A stretch of 63,994 bases of DNA, counting the filler, from Sanchytrium tribonematis (Eukaryota), in NCBI GenBank assembly GCA_018985235.1. It is 11 parts of 11 records of this genome, joined end to end, with 100 filler letters (N's around TTAATTAATTAA, not from the genome) between each part and the next. Parts side by side here need not be neighbours in the genome. Positions count along the whole stretch, not along the records: positions 17,947 to 23,799 come from JADGIG010000573.1; positions 23,900 to 29,726 come from JADGIG010000574.1; positions 29,827 to 35,653 come from JADGIG010000575.1; 8 more parts are not named here. One strand, written 5' to 3'. Position 1 is the stretch's first letter, and the number at the start of each line of letters is the position of its first letter. Under the pieces are notes generated by a model, which saw only the letters and a program-made list of their open reading frames with translations, made no database searches and was not told where the DNA came from. Position numbers and translations under genes: made by a program. Shown here piece by piece: positions 21,636 to 32,877 of this stretch.

Positions 21636-21693
21636 TTACGGTTTCGGATTAATTTTTGTACCACACATAAAATGAGGAGAAATTGAGAAGGAT

Positions 21694-23619
21694 TTATTCC
21701 CTTGCAATGAGGCCTTGACCACGCTCCACTTGGAAAATATCCGCATTCGGTGAAACTAATACTGGCTCTTTTCTATCAGGGCTTAAAGCACTCCAAATCT
21801 GCTGCACTAGTTTCTTAATCGTAGGATCTAATTGATCATTTTTCCATAGTAATTCATAAATAATTGGACATTTGGCAGTTTGCAAGACTTTAGACCAGTC
21901 TTTAAACAAGATTAAATTCTTTTTATGGTAAATTAACAATAAGACCTGAGAAACAAAAGGAGTAGGTGAATTTTCATACAATAGCTGCAATGCTTGCATG
22001 TCCTGTTCTAAAGGATCTTGATTTTCCATCAAGGCTGCTAAAATCTTGAACTCTGGATGCTCTAAATTGTTAAGCAAATTGATATCCTTAAATCGACAAG
22101 CAACTAATAGATGTCTTTGCAGTGGTTCAAACAACGAAAATCTTATTAATGATGCTCGTAATAATTCATCTGAGACTTCAAAAAGTCCAATATCGTCAAA
22201 ATACGCTATAGCGGCCTCAATTTCCTGTTTTTCCAGGCTTGTTTGAATAAGAGCAATCTGATCCAGCACGTTATCGTTTTTAAGGATGACGTATTGAAAT
22301 GCCAATGTAGCAATATTTTCAAGCATATTACAGCGATGTGAGGACGAGTCCAACAACCCTAGGAAATACTCACAGACAATCAATTCCAATTGGCAAATTT
22401 CACTTGGTAGGTTCAACATAATTTCATAAGCAGTCTCGTAATTCTTTTGAAACATGCAAAGACGCCCATAAATTTGCCTTGTATTAACAGAATCATCGTA
22501 AGCCAAGAGCCGGTCACCATAATAATCAATTGACCATTGGTCCTTGAAAAATTTGGCGAAAAAAATGGAATTGATGTTAGATTCCGTATAAGGTACTTGA
22601 GAAGTAGGCGAGCAGCTCAATTTGAATGCAAACTCAGAAGAAAGAGATCGAATCACGTTGCACAAATCTAAGTAAGCATTTTCGATATTCGATTGCTCTG
22701 ATTGCTTCGACAATATAAATTTAAGCATTTTTTTGTACTTATTGATAATTCCCAAAGTTTCTAACTTATCTTTGAATTTCGAAAAGTCGCCATTTTCAAC
22801 AATTCTTTCAGATTTCCCAAACATCAGAGTGTGAATTTTGTGGCTTTCACTAACCAGATTTTCTAAAAGTGACTTAACAACTTGTCCGTATTCGTATTTG
22901 GGCAAGTACAAAAAAGAGTTATCAATTTCACCAATACTGGGAGCCATGTGGTTTGCATTGAATATGTTTTCTGTAGAATACAAGTGGAGATATAGCCTAG
23001 TGTTTCCTTTTGAGAAATAAATTTCCTTTGAAAATTTTTCATTGTATTTACAACCCCATTGGAATTCAAAGCAATTTTCATTAACTTTGATTTGAGTCAC
23101 TCTATTGAAAGCAAAAACATCTTTTATAAATAATGTAGGAACGCTGATGTATGAAGTATTATACTCTCTGTGATTAAGTTTTTCGAAAAGCAGGTTGGCG
23201 TCCTCCAATGTTATTTCTTTCGATACAATTTCATCAGAAAATTCATTTTTTTGCTTCCCAATCGCAGGACATTCTTTACCGTCAGAAATGAAAACATGTC
23301 TTTGGAAAATTTCTAAACTCTGAATATTTATACTACTCTTAATATTATCAATTCTAAAAGTAAAATGGTTGAGGACATCAATGGACATTGTAAACTTCTC
23401 ACAAATGTAATAAGGCGAGGCACAAATTTCAATAAGCATGTCATCCTTAGTAACTGTTATCAACTCACCCCAAATTTTCTCAATTTGCAATGTTAGGGTA
23501 TCATTGAGTGTATGTGTCTCCTGGTTTAGCGTAATTTTGACATTTTCGGAGCATTTAAAGACTACCTGCATTTTTATGTCTTCAAACGACCAAAACATTA
23601 ATTTGGTGCAATTCTGCAT
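21694..23619 (-). CDS. Helical/TPR-like protein, probably a highly divergent CFAP70 (TTC18)
   Basis: NGDFSKFKDKL...AYLDLCNVIRSL...DYYGDRLLAY...IYGRLCMFQKNYETAYE recalls CFAP70 SGKY..FKEQL / YYQERL / DYG.FCL motifs. Confidence 0.4.
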   Translation of the reverse strand: MQNCTKLMFWSFEDIKMQVVFKCSENVKITLNQETHTLNDTLTLQIEKIWGELITVTKDDMLIEICASPYYICEKFTMSIDVLNHFTFRIDNIKSSINIQSLEIFQRHVFISDGKECPAIGKQKNEFSDEIVSKEITLEDANLLFEKLNHREYNTSYISVPTLFIKDVFAFNRVTQIKVNENCFEFQWGCKYNEKFSKEIYFSKGNTRLYLHLYSTENIFNANHMAPSIGEIDNSFLYLPKYEYGQVVKSLLENLVSESHKIHTLMFGKSERIVENGDFSKFKDKLETLGIINKYKKMLKFILSKQSEQSNIENAYLDLCNVIRSLSSEFAFKLSCSPTSQVPYTESNINSIFFAKFFKDQWSIDYYGDRLLAYDDSVNTRQIYGRLCMFQKNYETAYEIMLNLPSEICQLELIVCEYFLGLLDSSSHRCNMLENIATLAFQYVILKNDNVLDQIALIQTSLEKQEIEAAIAYFDDIGLFEVSDELLRASLIRFSLFEPLQRHLLVACRFKDINLLNNLEHPEFKILAALMENQDPLEQDMQALQLLYENSPTPFVSQVLLLIYHKKNLILFKDWSKVLQTAKCPIIYELLWKNDQLDPTIKKLVQQIWSALSPDRKEPVLVSPNADIFQVERGQGLIARE

Positions 23620-23731
23620 TAATCCGCTGCAAGTCTGTCGGCAATTTTACTCGTTTTCAAATTAGAGTGTCATTTATGAAAACCAAAAGATTATTCCAAA
23701 AGATGAGATCTCCTGATTTTCACTCTTGAAA

Positions 23732-23799
23732 ATGTCAAATCCATATCTTGCTCATAGAGAGAAGAAAGACAAAGAGAAATTGAAAGAAGATGTTTTTGA
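23732..23799 (+). CDS. N-terminal fragment, possibly DEAH helicase Prp43
   Basis: MSNPYLAHREKKDKEK runs into the spacer. NPYLAH occurs at fungal Prp43 N-termini, but only 22 codons are visible. Confidence 0.3.
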
Positions 23800-23899
23800 N
23801 NNNNNNNNNNNNNNNNNNNNNNNNNNNNNNNNNNNNNNNNNNNTTAATTAATTAANNNNNNNNNNNNNNNNNNNNNNNNNNNNNNNNNNNNNNNNNNNN

Positions 23900-24233
23900 G
23901 TCCCTATTTTCTAGTGATTGGAAAGTTGGCATACTTGGACTAAGTAACTTAAACTATACCTATAAGCAAAAAAATCTTGACAATTTTTTCGGAATCAAGC
24001 GAAAGGCGGCTACCCTGGTAATTCAAAGTCAAAATCTAACAAAGAAAACAAAGCAATCGTCCATTATTAGTCATTTTGGACTAAATCATATCAAAACAAC
24101 AGTTTTGTGCAAGCACAATGAACCTTGTGATTTAAAACAGGTTATTAAAAAAGGCATTAACAAGGGAAGGTGTTTTTACACCTGCAAGAGACCATTTAAA
24201 GAAAGGTGTGAATTTTTCAAATGGCAAAAATAA
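23900..24233 (+). CDS. APN2: C-terminus of AP endonuclease Apn2/APE2 (PIP box + GRF zinc finger); missed by the ORF track
   Basis: Open frame from 23901: QKNLDNFF...CKHNEPC...KKGINKGRCFYTCKRPFKERCEFFKW, stop at 24231-24233. Confidence 0.8.
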
Positions 24234-24307
24234 CTTTATGAATAGATCTTATTATCAAAATAAATTCGACTTTTTGAGTTGTCGGCTATCAGGCACCCCT
24301 GAAAACA

Positions 24308-24850
24308 ATGAAAAAGCCTTCGAATAAAAAAATGCTGGAGGCTCATGCAGATGTTTATTCGCTATTGCTTAGGTTAGACTATATTGAAAAGGAATTTATT
24401 AGAGATGCAATAAGTCAAGAAGAATATGATATTTGGTGTCCCAAACTAATTTCTCAATTTCGCACCGCTATTAATTTAATAGATCTCAATATTGACCAAT
24501 TTTACGATAATTACAATCTTAATTTCTCGGCTGCTAAGCACCGGCTCTCAGAAGGAGTGGCATCTCAATTACCAGCTTCATCCTCAAAAATGGTGGCTGA
24601 GGTTGTTCAGTCTTTCATCACACTAATGGATGCTTGCAAATTGGGCATGAACAGTATCGACCAGCTTGGACCTTTACTTCAAGATGTTTTAGCTGGTTGT
24701 AAAAAATTAGATCGAAAATACCCCAAATTAGTGGAATGGAATTCAAATTTATCCACTAAAAAAGCCAGTGATACCCTAGATGAGGAACAAATAAGGCAAT
24801 TTGTATACGATCTTGAAAATTCTTATTCCCTTTTTGTACAGCAACTTTAA
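24308..24850 (+). CDS. VPS28: ESCRT-I subunit Vps28
   Basis: ADVYSLL..LDYIEKEFIRD, AEVVQSFITLMDACKL, EQIRQFVYDLENSY. Confidence 0.92.
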   Translation: MKKPSNKKMLEAHADVYSLLLRLDYIEKEFIRDAISQEEYDIWCPKLISQFRTAINLIDLNIDQFYDNYNLNFSAAKHRLSEGVASQLPASSSKMVAEVVQSFITLMDACKLGMNSIDQLGPLLQDVLAGCKKLDRKYPKLVEWNSNLSTKKASDTLDEEQIRQFVYDLENSYSLFVQQL

Positions 24851-24886
24851 AATTGCAATAGTAAGTAAATTTGAAACAAATTTTTG

Positions 24887-25075
24887 ATGAGTCAGGATGC
24901 ATCTTTCACTTATGTGATTACATTGGACCAGATAGTTGGTTACCTTGTGGGAATTCTGTTGCTTCTGTTAATTATCGGAGTGATAACGTATTACATAATA
25001 AGGTTAAAAAAGAAGAAATCAAAGAAACAAGAAATTGAAGCGAAAAAGAAGCTAAAATCAAAAGAAATAAATTAA
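24887..25075 (+). CDS. Small single-pass membrane protein with Lys-rich tail
   Basis: IVGYLVGILLLLLIIGVITYYII followed by RLKKKKSKK. Confidence 0.5.
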   Translation: MSQDASFTYVITLDQIVGYLVGILLLLLIIGVITYYIIRLKKKKSKKQEIEAKKKLKSKEIN

Positions 25076-25078
25076 TCC

Positions 25079-26611
25079 TTATCTACCGAGCTCAAACCCA
25101 AATGACTGAGAGCCACCACGCGTAGGTGTCTCGTTACAAACACTGGCTTCATACTGGTCTGAGTAATCAGATATGACAGGTTTGTTGCGAATTGGTGAGT
25201 GTTGCACGTCAGGTTGTGGACGGAACGACAACTTTGACTCCAATTCAATAAGTTTCGCCTGGTGCATCCATCCAGCTTGATCTTTCGCTACATTGAAAAT
25301 GTTTTTGGCAAAAGCAATCTCTGAAGCCAAAATAGCGTGATCAACTAATTCTACTAGCAAAGAGAATTCTAAAGAAGAAGAATCCTCAAGAAAAGCTTTT
25401 TTTAAAATTTCGTATACTTTCAAGTTACCGAGACCAAAAGCTTTTGCAGATTGGTACAACGCCAACGTGTTCTCACCGGTAGGAGAGAGTTTCCAAGCTG
25501 ACAGAGTAGATTGGTACCACATTTGCGGATTTTCAAGCTTTTCGTAACAGTCCCCCATTGATTTATAGATATATGGATCATCTTGATTAATCTTGGCACA
25601 TTCACTATAATAACGAATTGCTTGGTCAAAAAGTCCCATTGATAAATTTGTATCGGCCAAAGAAGCCCATCCACGAACGTCTAGTCTATTTAATTTCACA
25701 ACATTCAAGTAACAATTAACAGCTTTTTTATAATTTCCAAACTGAAAATACTCATGACCAAGCAGAAGATTAGCCAAAACAGTAGGTTGATAGCCGAGAG
25801 ATTTTTGAAATAATTCAATAGACTTTAGATTCATATCCTTCAGAGAATAATAAATAGCTTGGGTAATAAGAGTCCCGAAATGTAAAGGATCTTCCAATGA
25901 AAGTTGCATAGAGAGCATTTGAATTCCATCTACATCATCCTTTTTAGATAATTCGTTGCATAAATAGTGGGAAAAGTCTGACAAATACTTGCTATTTAAA
26001 ATTTGCTCTCTATCATCTAATCTATCCACTTTATTGTAAATAAATTCTAGTAAAATTAAAATGGTATCAGTGAAATCTATTTTAAATTCTTGAAGAGCAG
26101 CCAATATCGCCTCAATATTCAAAATTTTTAAATTTCTTGTCACACCTGCATAACCAACAGCTATAGGATAAAATTTATGGCTTTTTAAAATTTCGAGATC
26201 TGATATATCCTCAATAAGTGATATGAAGAGGACCCAATACTCCCAGCAATAAGTTATGTTGCTTTTCTTTAAATCTTTTAATATTTGGATGTCCCTGCTA
26301 ATATCACAGTACAATAGTCTTAAAAAATCGCAGTCGCGTTCAATAATTTCATTTTTTAAATAGTTAGTTATTAATTTCTTTGGGTATTTAGAAAATATTT
26401 TACATTTTATTGTCAAATATGATTCCACTGCATTACTTGGATCATAATTTGCAACAGTTGCGTAGTCATTAGTTTGGATTAAATTTTGAAGGTATATTGT
26501 TGAAAATTTTAGATCTCTGTTTATTTCTGAAATGCTGTTTAGTTCCTGTGTAATAATTGACGACTCTAAAGTGAGATCAAACGACATAGCAACCACGTCT
26601 GGTATTTTCAT
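25079..26611 (-). CDS. CDC23: APC/C TPR subunit Cdc23/Apc8 (divergent)
   Basis: LSDFSHYL, YYSL....KSIELFQKSL, LLLGHEYFQ...AVNCY...NRLDVRGWASL, DPYIYKSMGDCYEKL. Confidence 0.75.
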   Translation of the reverse strand: MKIPDVVAMSFDLTLESSIITQELNSISEINRDLKFSTIYLQNLIQTNDYATVANYDPSNAVESYLTIKCKIFSKYPKKLITNYLKNEIIERDCDFLRLLYCDISRDIQILKDLKKSNITYCWEYWVLFISLIEDISDLEILKSHKFYPIAVGYAGVTRNLKILNIEAILAALQEFKIDFTDTILILLEFIYNKVDRLDDREQILNSKYLSDFSHYLCNELSKKDDVDGIQMLSMQLSLEDPLHFGTLITQAIYYSLKDMNLKSIELFQKSLGYQPTVLANLLLGHEYFQFGNYKKAVNCYLNVVKLNRLDVRGWASLADTNLSMGLFDQAIRYYSECAKINQDDPYIYKSMGDCYEKLENPQMWYQSTLSAWKLSPTGENTLALYQSAKAFGLGNLKVYEILKKAFLEDSSSLEFSLLVELVDHAILASEIAFAKNIFNVAKDQAGWMHQAKLIELESKLSFRPQPDVQHSPIRNKPVISDYSDQYEASVCNETPTRGGSQSFGFELGR

Positions 26612-26761
26612 TTGTTTTGTGTAATCCCCGTTATGATTTAAATGAATATCTTCTAGATGCTAAAGTATAATGCATTTATGATGTAGCATCTTAAACATAG
26701 GCCCTAGCATCAGGTTATTGACAATTATAGACCAATTAATCTCTTTTTTGAAACAAACCAA

Positions 26762-28022
26762 AATGATATTTTCTAATCAAAACGGTTCACTCTTGTTTCC
26801 ATCAATGCAAAAGCTACCAAAATCAATTGTTCATCACCAATACCATTTGCACGATTGCAAGCTATATTTTAAAGAACAATTGGTATTCTCGTTACCAGAA
26901 AATTTAGATTGCTATTTAATTAATGACGATCATATTATTTTACATTCGAAAGATTTAATCTATGTATACTCAATGGACAAACATCCAAAGCTTCTGAATA
27001 CATATAAAACCAGTAATCCTCATATAATTGCAGTAAATCGTGAATATCTCGCTTGTTGCGGCTACCTGACCGGACAAATATACCTGATACATCTGGAAAC
27101 GAATCAAATACACATGTTACAAGCTCATACACATGACATCAGTTACATAATACTATCAAAAAAATACCTTGCAACTTGTTCTATTCAAGGAACCATAATA
27201 AGAATATTCGACTTAGATACTAGAGAAGTTTTCCAAGAGTATAGAAGAGGCTTGGAGCGTGCAACTATATTATGCATGTCTTTCAGCGATGATGATAAGC
27301 TTTTATCTCTTATTAGTGACAAATATACCATTCATGTTTTTGTCTTGACAGATACTAAAAATACCGATTTTCAATTAAATTTTGACTCGGTAGATATGTC
27401 AATGCATTCTTTAAGCGTCGAAGACGACGATGACATGATCAGTGTAGAATTTTCTAATTCAAGCCAATATTCGACTTCAGCACCGTCTGGGTCTTATTTA
27501 CAAAAATCCACAAGACGAAAAATGAGAGGACTATCAAGATTTTTGTCGACACTAGATTATGAGTATAGCGATTATTCTATCAAGCTTCCGAAGAATTTAA
27601 TATCTAGACTAGAAGCCAACAAAGATAAATTGGGTTATGTTCAACCAGATTATGGAGGCAAAAAGACAAGACTTTATTGTGAATTTAAAACTTTATTTAG
27701 CAATGCACAATTGGTTGTTTATACTTTTCTAGGAGATATAATTCATTATGGATTCAAAACACAGCAGTTTGACTCAGGAGAAAATCACAGTGAATCGTCT
27801 TTCCAAAGCGACAATAGCACAATTGAAGAAATAGTTGATATTACAGAAGATTACGGCAAGAACATGATTCGGCTAGATTGGCACATTGTACATCTACCTG
27901 GAATTGATATGGCTATGCCAACTTTTGAAATGGATTTAGAAGAATTCACATTCCAGTCTAAGACAGAATCCAAAGCCGAAAAATCGAAACACTCGTCAGA
28001 TGACGATTTCGTCTTCACTTGA
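26762..28022 (+). CDS. PROPPIN WD40 protein (Atg18/Hsv2 family); true start may be 26657 via a small intron
   Basis: LQAHTHDI...LATCSIQGTIIRIF...QEYRRG...SDKYTIHVF, a variant of the FRRG lipid-binding motif. Confidence 0.85.
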
Positions 28023-28261
28023 CTGTTGATCACACATTAAAGGAAATAAATTAATTTGATCATGATTTTTGAACGGGTACCTCCGTCCATCAAGTTCATT
28101 TGTATTGTTTCGTCGGCAAGCCTATCTGATTGGTATTTGTGGCAAAAACGTCTCTTGCAAATTTCTAATTGATTGGGTATCTTTTCCCTATTGGTTTTAT
28201 CTATTAAAAACGTCGCGACTCTAATCACATAAATAGGTGCCTTCCCCATAACTTTACCATT

Positions 28262-28876
28262 ATGCCACAATTCGAATCAATACCACGATTTCAAAATTCT
28301 CATGACATTACTCACTTAACAAACAGCATGGATCAACAAGTTGACAATTTGATTCAAATTTTGAGAGAAAACGTTAACAACGATGTCGGCAATAGAAATC
28401 CGTTTGAGAAGTTTCTCAATCCCATAGTTGAAGAACTACCTATTAAGCGAAAGGAGTTAAGTCCATTACAAACTAAGAATTTATTACTTCCTAGTGACGA
28501 AAATTTAAGTCCTAAATCACCCAAATCATATACAACAGTTCATAGCAGCAACGGAGTTCATTATTCTTGCTTGGTATGCGATGTGCAATTCAGGCATAAA
28601 CCGGATGTGATCAGGCATAGCAAAAACGTACATAGCAATCGAGAAGCTTGCAAATTTTGCGGCAAATTGCTAAAAACTACTGGAAGAAGTGATGCCAAGC
28701 GGAAGCACTTGGAAAATTGTTCTGGATTTTTGAAGAAACTCCCAAATGATATTTCCAAAGAAAAGATCAACAAGGTAGTTCGAGCCATTGTTGGGGACAA
28801 AAGAAGAAAACACCAACCATTAAGTCCAGTTGATGACGACTGTCATGATTTAGTCGCCAGCTTATTATGTCAATAA
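28262..28876 (+). CDS. C2H2/C2HC zinc-finger transcription factor
   Basis: CLVCDVQFRHKPDVIRHSKNVH and CKFCGK...RSDAKRKHLENC. Confidence 0.75.
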   Translation: MPQFESIPRFQNSHDITHLTNSMDQQVDNLIQILRENVNNDVGNRNPFEKFLNPIVEELPIKRKELSPLQTKNLLLPSDENLSPKSPKSYTTVHSSNGVHYSCLVCDVQFRHKPDVIRHSKNVHSNREACKFCGKLLKTTGRSDAKRKHLENCSGFLKKLPNDISKEKINKVVRAIVGDKRRKHQPLSPVDDDCHDLVASLLCQ

Positions 28877-28885
28877 ATTTACTTT

Positions 28886-29521
28886 CTATTTCTTGAAGCA
28901 TTGTAAATTGTATATACATTCTCGAATTAATTGTTCTACTACATGGATTCTCTCAAGAACTTGCTTCATTGGTGGATGCTCAATTTCTAATTCAATGCAA
29001 CCTTCAATTTCTGGCAAATGTTTATTAGTATTTGGTATGATTCGTTTGAATATTTTATATACGTCTTGGTATTCTTCAAGCGAATAATTGTAGTCAATTG
29101 TTTTCCTAAAATGATAAATGTATATAATTAGCCTATTTTCATTAAGATTGATATCGATAATATGATCTTTTTCCACAAATGAACCTTGCTTAATAAATGA
29201 ATGCGCAAAGCTTAGGCTAGGGTCTCTAAAATATAACTGCTGTCTCGTCCTACGGATCATCCTACTCATTTTGTCTATTTGCTCAAGTGCTGTAATAAAA
29301 TGTCCAACATCAAGAGATTCGCTTGCCATGATTATATATTCTCCGGACAGCACCAAATTATTTGTTATTGCCAAGTACCCGCTTATTTGCTCAGTAGAAA
29401 TGGCAAGCTTTACAGGTTGTGAAAAATACTTTAAAATTATTTGCAATTGTTGTAAGATCTCTTTTTGAGCTGTGGATAGCGTTTGCAGATACCATTCTTG
29501 CTCCGGCCCGAGATTTGTCAT
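28886..29521 (-). CDS. Possible RAVE subunit 2 / Rogdi-like protein
   Basis: EQEWYL N-terminus, LAIST..ISGYL, ALEQI, helical C-terminus; resemblance only. Confidence 0.4.
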   Translation of the reverse strand: MTNLGPEQEWYLQTLSTAQKEILQQLQIILKYFSQPVKLAISTEQISGYLAITNNLVLSGEYIIMASESLDVGHFITALEQIDKMSRMIRRTRQQLYFRDPSLSFAHSFIKQGSFVEKDHIIDINLNENRLIIYIYHFRKTIDYNYSLEEYQDVYKIFKRIIPNTNKHLPEIEGCIELEIEHPPMKQVLERIHVVEQLIRECIYNLQCFKK

Positions 29522-29826
29522 ATCTCCTTGTTATGTCGATTTTCAAATTTTTTACGATTAGTCGATATGCAGACAGGGCAAGTTTTGTTCAATTAAAAAT
29601 GCTGAAAACAAGCTGGTGTATGGAAATGATGGAGGAGTTTCCCAAGGTACTTCAAGAATTAGAGTCTTCTCAAAGTACTATCGAAGGCTTGAATTTGGTT
29701 GGCTCAAAATATTTCTGTACAGGAGCNNNNNNNNNNNNNNNNNNNNNNNNNNNNNNNNNNNNNNNNNNNNTTAATTAATTAANNNNNNNNNNNNNNNNNN
29801 NNNNNNNNNNNNNNNNNNNNNNNNNN

Positions 29827-31426
29827 ACCACCCAATAGCAATGTCATCAAATGTGGAGAAGTCAGAAGATATACAGATAATAATGTCGTTTATCAAATTA
29901 AACAATCTATTACACATTTTAAAGAAGGTCAATTCTCTTTAATCAACTATAAAAAGGATGGTGAGCCGTTTATCAATCTAGTCTCCCTCATTCCAATCAC
30001 ATTAAATGATAAAATCAGATATATAGTTGGTTTTCAAGTCAATTTAATCGATCAACCTTATTTAATCATGAATAAGATGAAAAATGGTAGTTATATCTTA
30101 AATTACCAATTAGATGATCCACAAATCATCAAACCATCTCCAAATACCAACAAATCATCCAATCCATCCAATTCTCCTGATTTAGATTTCATGACTGAAA
30201 TGATGCAACAACCCACTCCTCCTATTAGCAATCCATCTCATCCATCTGGTACTCAGTCTGGTACTCAATCTGGCACTCAGTCTGGTACGCTGTCTAATCC
30301 ATCAATCACTCAATCAAATGGCTCGCAGTCAAATCACTCCAAATCCAATTCCAGTCAATCTACAGACACCAATGCCATATTATTCCATGAATTACTATTA
30401 AATCAATTAAATATCCTCATAATTACCATCCGTGGTCATGTATTACACATGTCTGATGCATTTAAAGAATTAATCCACCATCCCAAACATATTCATAAAA
30501 TGACAAATTTATGCCATCCTGGTGATTGGGTACACATGTCTAGAGCATTAAAAGATGTCCCAAATCATCCCAATGATGTTTTACAATTCACATGTCGATT
30601 TAATAATGCAAATAAACAAAATACCACCAATTATTCATGGTATTCATTAACTGGTAAATTAATTACAACAGAGAAACCAAAAGGCAAAAGAATGATTGTA
30701 TTTACATGTGAATTAATGAATATGCCACAATTAAATTTATTAAATATTAATCAATTTGGTGGCATCCATTATCATTGGGGCATGATGAGTCATAATGGCA
30801 TTTTATTAATGTTTAAAGCATATCAGAGTACATTAAATGCATTTGTGGGTATGGATATTCAATATAAATCATTATTGGATTTGGTACACACGGATGATTA
30901 TTTGGATATTCAAGAATCTTTATTACAGTGTAGTCATGGTAAAATTATTAGATTAATGCATCGTATGAGACATGCAGATGGTCATTATATGACTGTAGAG
31001 AGTATCTTCTTTCCTGGTGGGCAACCACAACCACTGCATCATGTGGGAGTAACAAATCAAAATAATAATCAAACTATGAATGATACTCAATCTACACACT
31101 CTGTAGCACATTCTGTAGCACATTCTGTGACATCTAATACTTCTTTTAACCATTTAAATGCATGTCATCGGATATTTATTAGAATGAACAAATTAAGTGA
31201 TTTTGAATTAAATGATTTATTAATTGAGAATCATTCTAGTGATTATTTACAAGATATTATGAAATATGGGGGACAATTGAGTTTAAATAGACCACGCGTG
31301 CAATTATTTACACATTCTAATTCATATGGGGTGAATTTGATGGAATGTTTACAGGGGAATTGGCAATATGAATTACATAAAGAAATGGGATTTAATAGAG
31401 AAATTAAAGAGAAATATGGGATATAG
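29827..31426 (+). CDS. wc-1: White collar-1 type blue-light photoreceptor (LOV + PAS + PAS), 5' partial, no GATA finger
   Basis: The frame is open from 29828: GEVRRYTDNNVVY...QFSLINYKKDGEPFINLVSLIPI...YIVGFQVNL (LOV). Also LCHPGD and LVHTDD PAS motifs and a C-terminal NWQYELH. Confidence 0.88.
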
Positions 31427-31463
31427 ACTATATAATAAAATTGATTTTATTTAATTTATATCA

Positions 31464-32186
31464 TTAGCGAATAATATCTAAACTACACTTGACTTTTGAA
31501 TATGCATATGGAAATATGAATGGCTTCATTTGCAAATTGCCATTTTCATCATAGGTGACGAAACCACATTTTGAACCATAGCATACCTTGTATTCTGTAT
31601 CACTGACATATTCACCAATATATGGACCGGTAATCTGATTCAAAGAATAAATATTGGTTGACAAACTTTTAAAATGACTACCATGTTGTAAAGGGGCTCG
31701 ACTGTTTAATGATCTATGAATCATATGCATGAAGGTGTAATGCACCCCACAAGACAATCCGAATGCAAATGGCTTTCTAGAATAGCATACATATTTGCCT
31801 AATTCAAATCTAGATGCATAAATGGATTCAATTTCAGAGGCAACTTCTTCAGCATTTTCAACACCTTTTTGAACAGCGACCCATGGCATTTTCTTGTGTG
31901 GAAAAATCCAAGCAGATGCATCAAATTTTCTGACTAATTTACCTTTTTTTGGCACAATAGTAGGTTTTGTCACATGAAGCAGGAATGGGTGCTGCTGTGG
32001 ATCATCGTCTTTTGTATAAGAAAGTGAATAGCCGTCTATATCCACTGGCTCTGCTTCTACACTCAACACTTTATGAATTTGGGTGTTTTGGGATTTACAG
32101 TATAGATTTATGGAAGACAAGTCATTTTGTACATAGTCGTCATTTTGTAAGCTTGCAAATGCACTGGAGTAGAAGGCAAACAACAT
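31464..32186 (-). CDS. Putative secreted protein of unknown function
   Basis: MLFAFYSSAFAS signal-like start, 240 aa. Confidence 0.55.
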   Translation of the reverse strand: MLFAFYSSAFASLQNDDYVQNDLSSINLYCKSQNTQIHKVLSVEAEPVDIDGYSLSYTKDDDPQQHPFLLHVTKPTIVPKKGKLVRKFDASAWIFPHKKMPWVAVQKGVENAEEVASEIESIYASRFELGKYVCYSRKPFAFGLSCGVHYTFMHMIHRSLNSRAPLQHGSHFKSLSTNIYSLNQITGPYIGEYVSDTEYKVCYGSKCGFVTYDENGNLQMKPFIFPYAYSKVKCSLDIIR

Positions 32187-32877
32187 GCAGATGTGGGAGA
32201 AGACTCTTTAAATACCCCAAAATGACCCCTTTAAAACGGAATCAACTTGCTGTATCATTTAGCAGCGAATCAACTGTCAAAAAATATATTTTGAGTAACC
32301 ATGTGATGCCACATGATACTCCTGAAAGAACATGGGATCACGAGTCCCCCCCCCCAACAATTTCACATTTGAATGATCGTCGTCAATGAGATCAAATGTT
32401 GTGATAATTTATTGATTAATCATGTTTCCAATGTCCAGCGAATAAATGTTTAACAGCTGCAAATCGAACACATATGGGCTCTTGACAATTAAACAATAAA
32501 ACTGTGCCAACATAAACATCTCTTACTATTATTGGCACATTATTTAAATCTGATTTGACACCACCATTCTTGAATAGATATTGCTGAACAGATCTTGTCG
32601 TGGCACCAGGACCTGTCAGATTCACAATCGATATATCCAGGATATATAGTTTCTAATCCAACAATCATGCGAATTGAGGGTGAATCCGGTTTTTTTATTT
32701 GGTGCATATAAATAGTAAATCACTAATATAAATAAAAGACTAGACCATAATTGAAACATTATTTGGAGAATGTTGTACAACAAGGTAGATTATATACGAA
32801 AAAGATTGATTGTAAAATACTGATTGGTGCTTATTAATTTATTTCTTATTCTTTGACCCAAGTGGACATGAGTAAGC

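Noticed and set aside
30246..30290. 12-bp tandem repeat (SGTQ)n, and HSVA repeats near 31100
   Set aside because: Ordinary coding slippage repeats in disordered WC-1 linkers.
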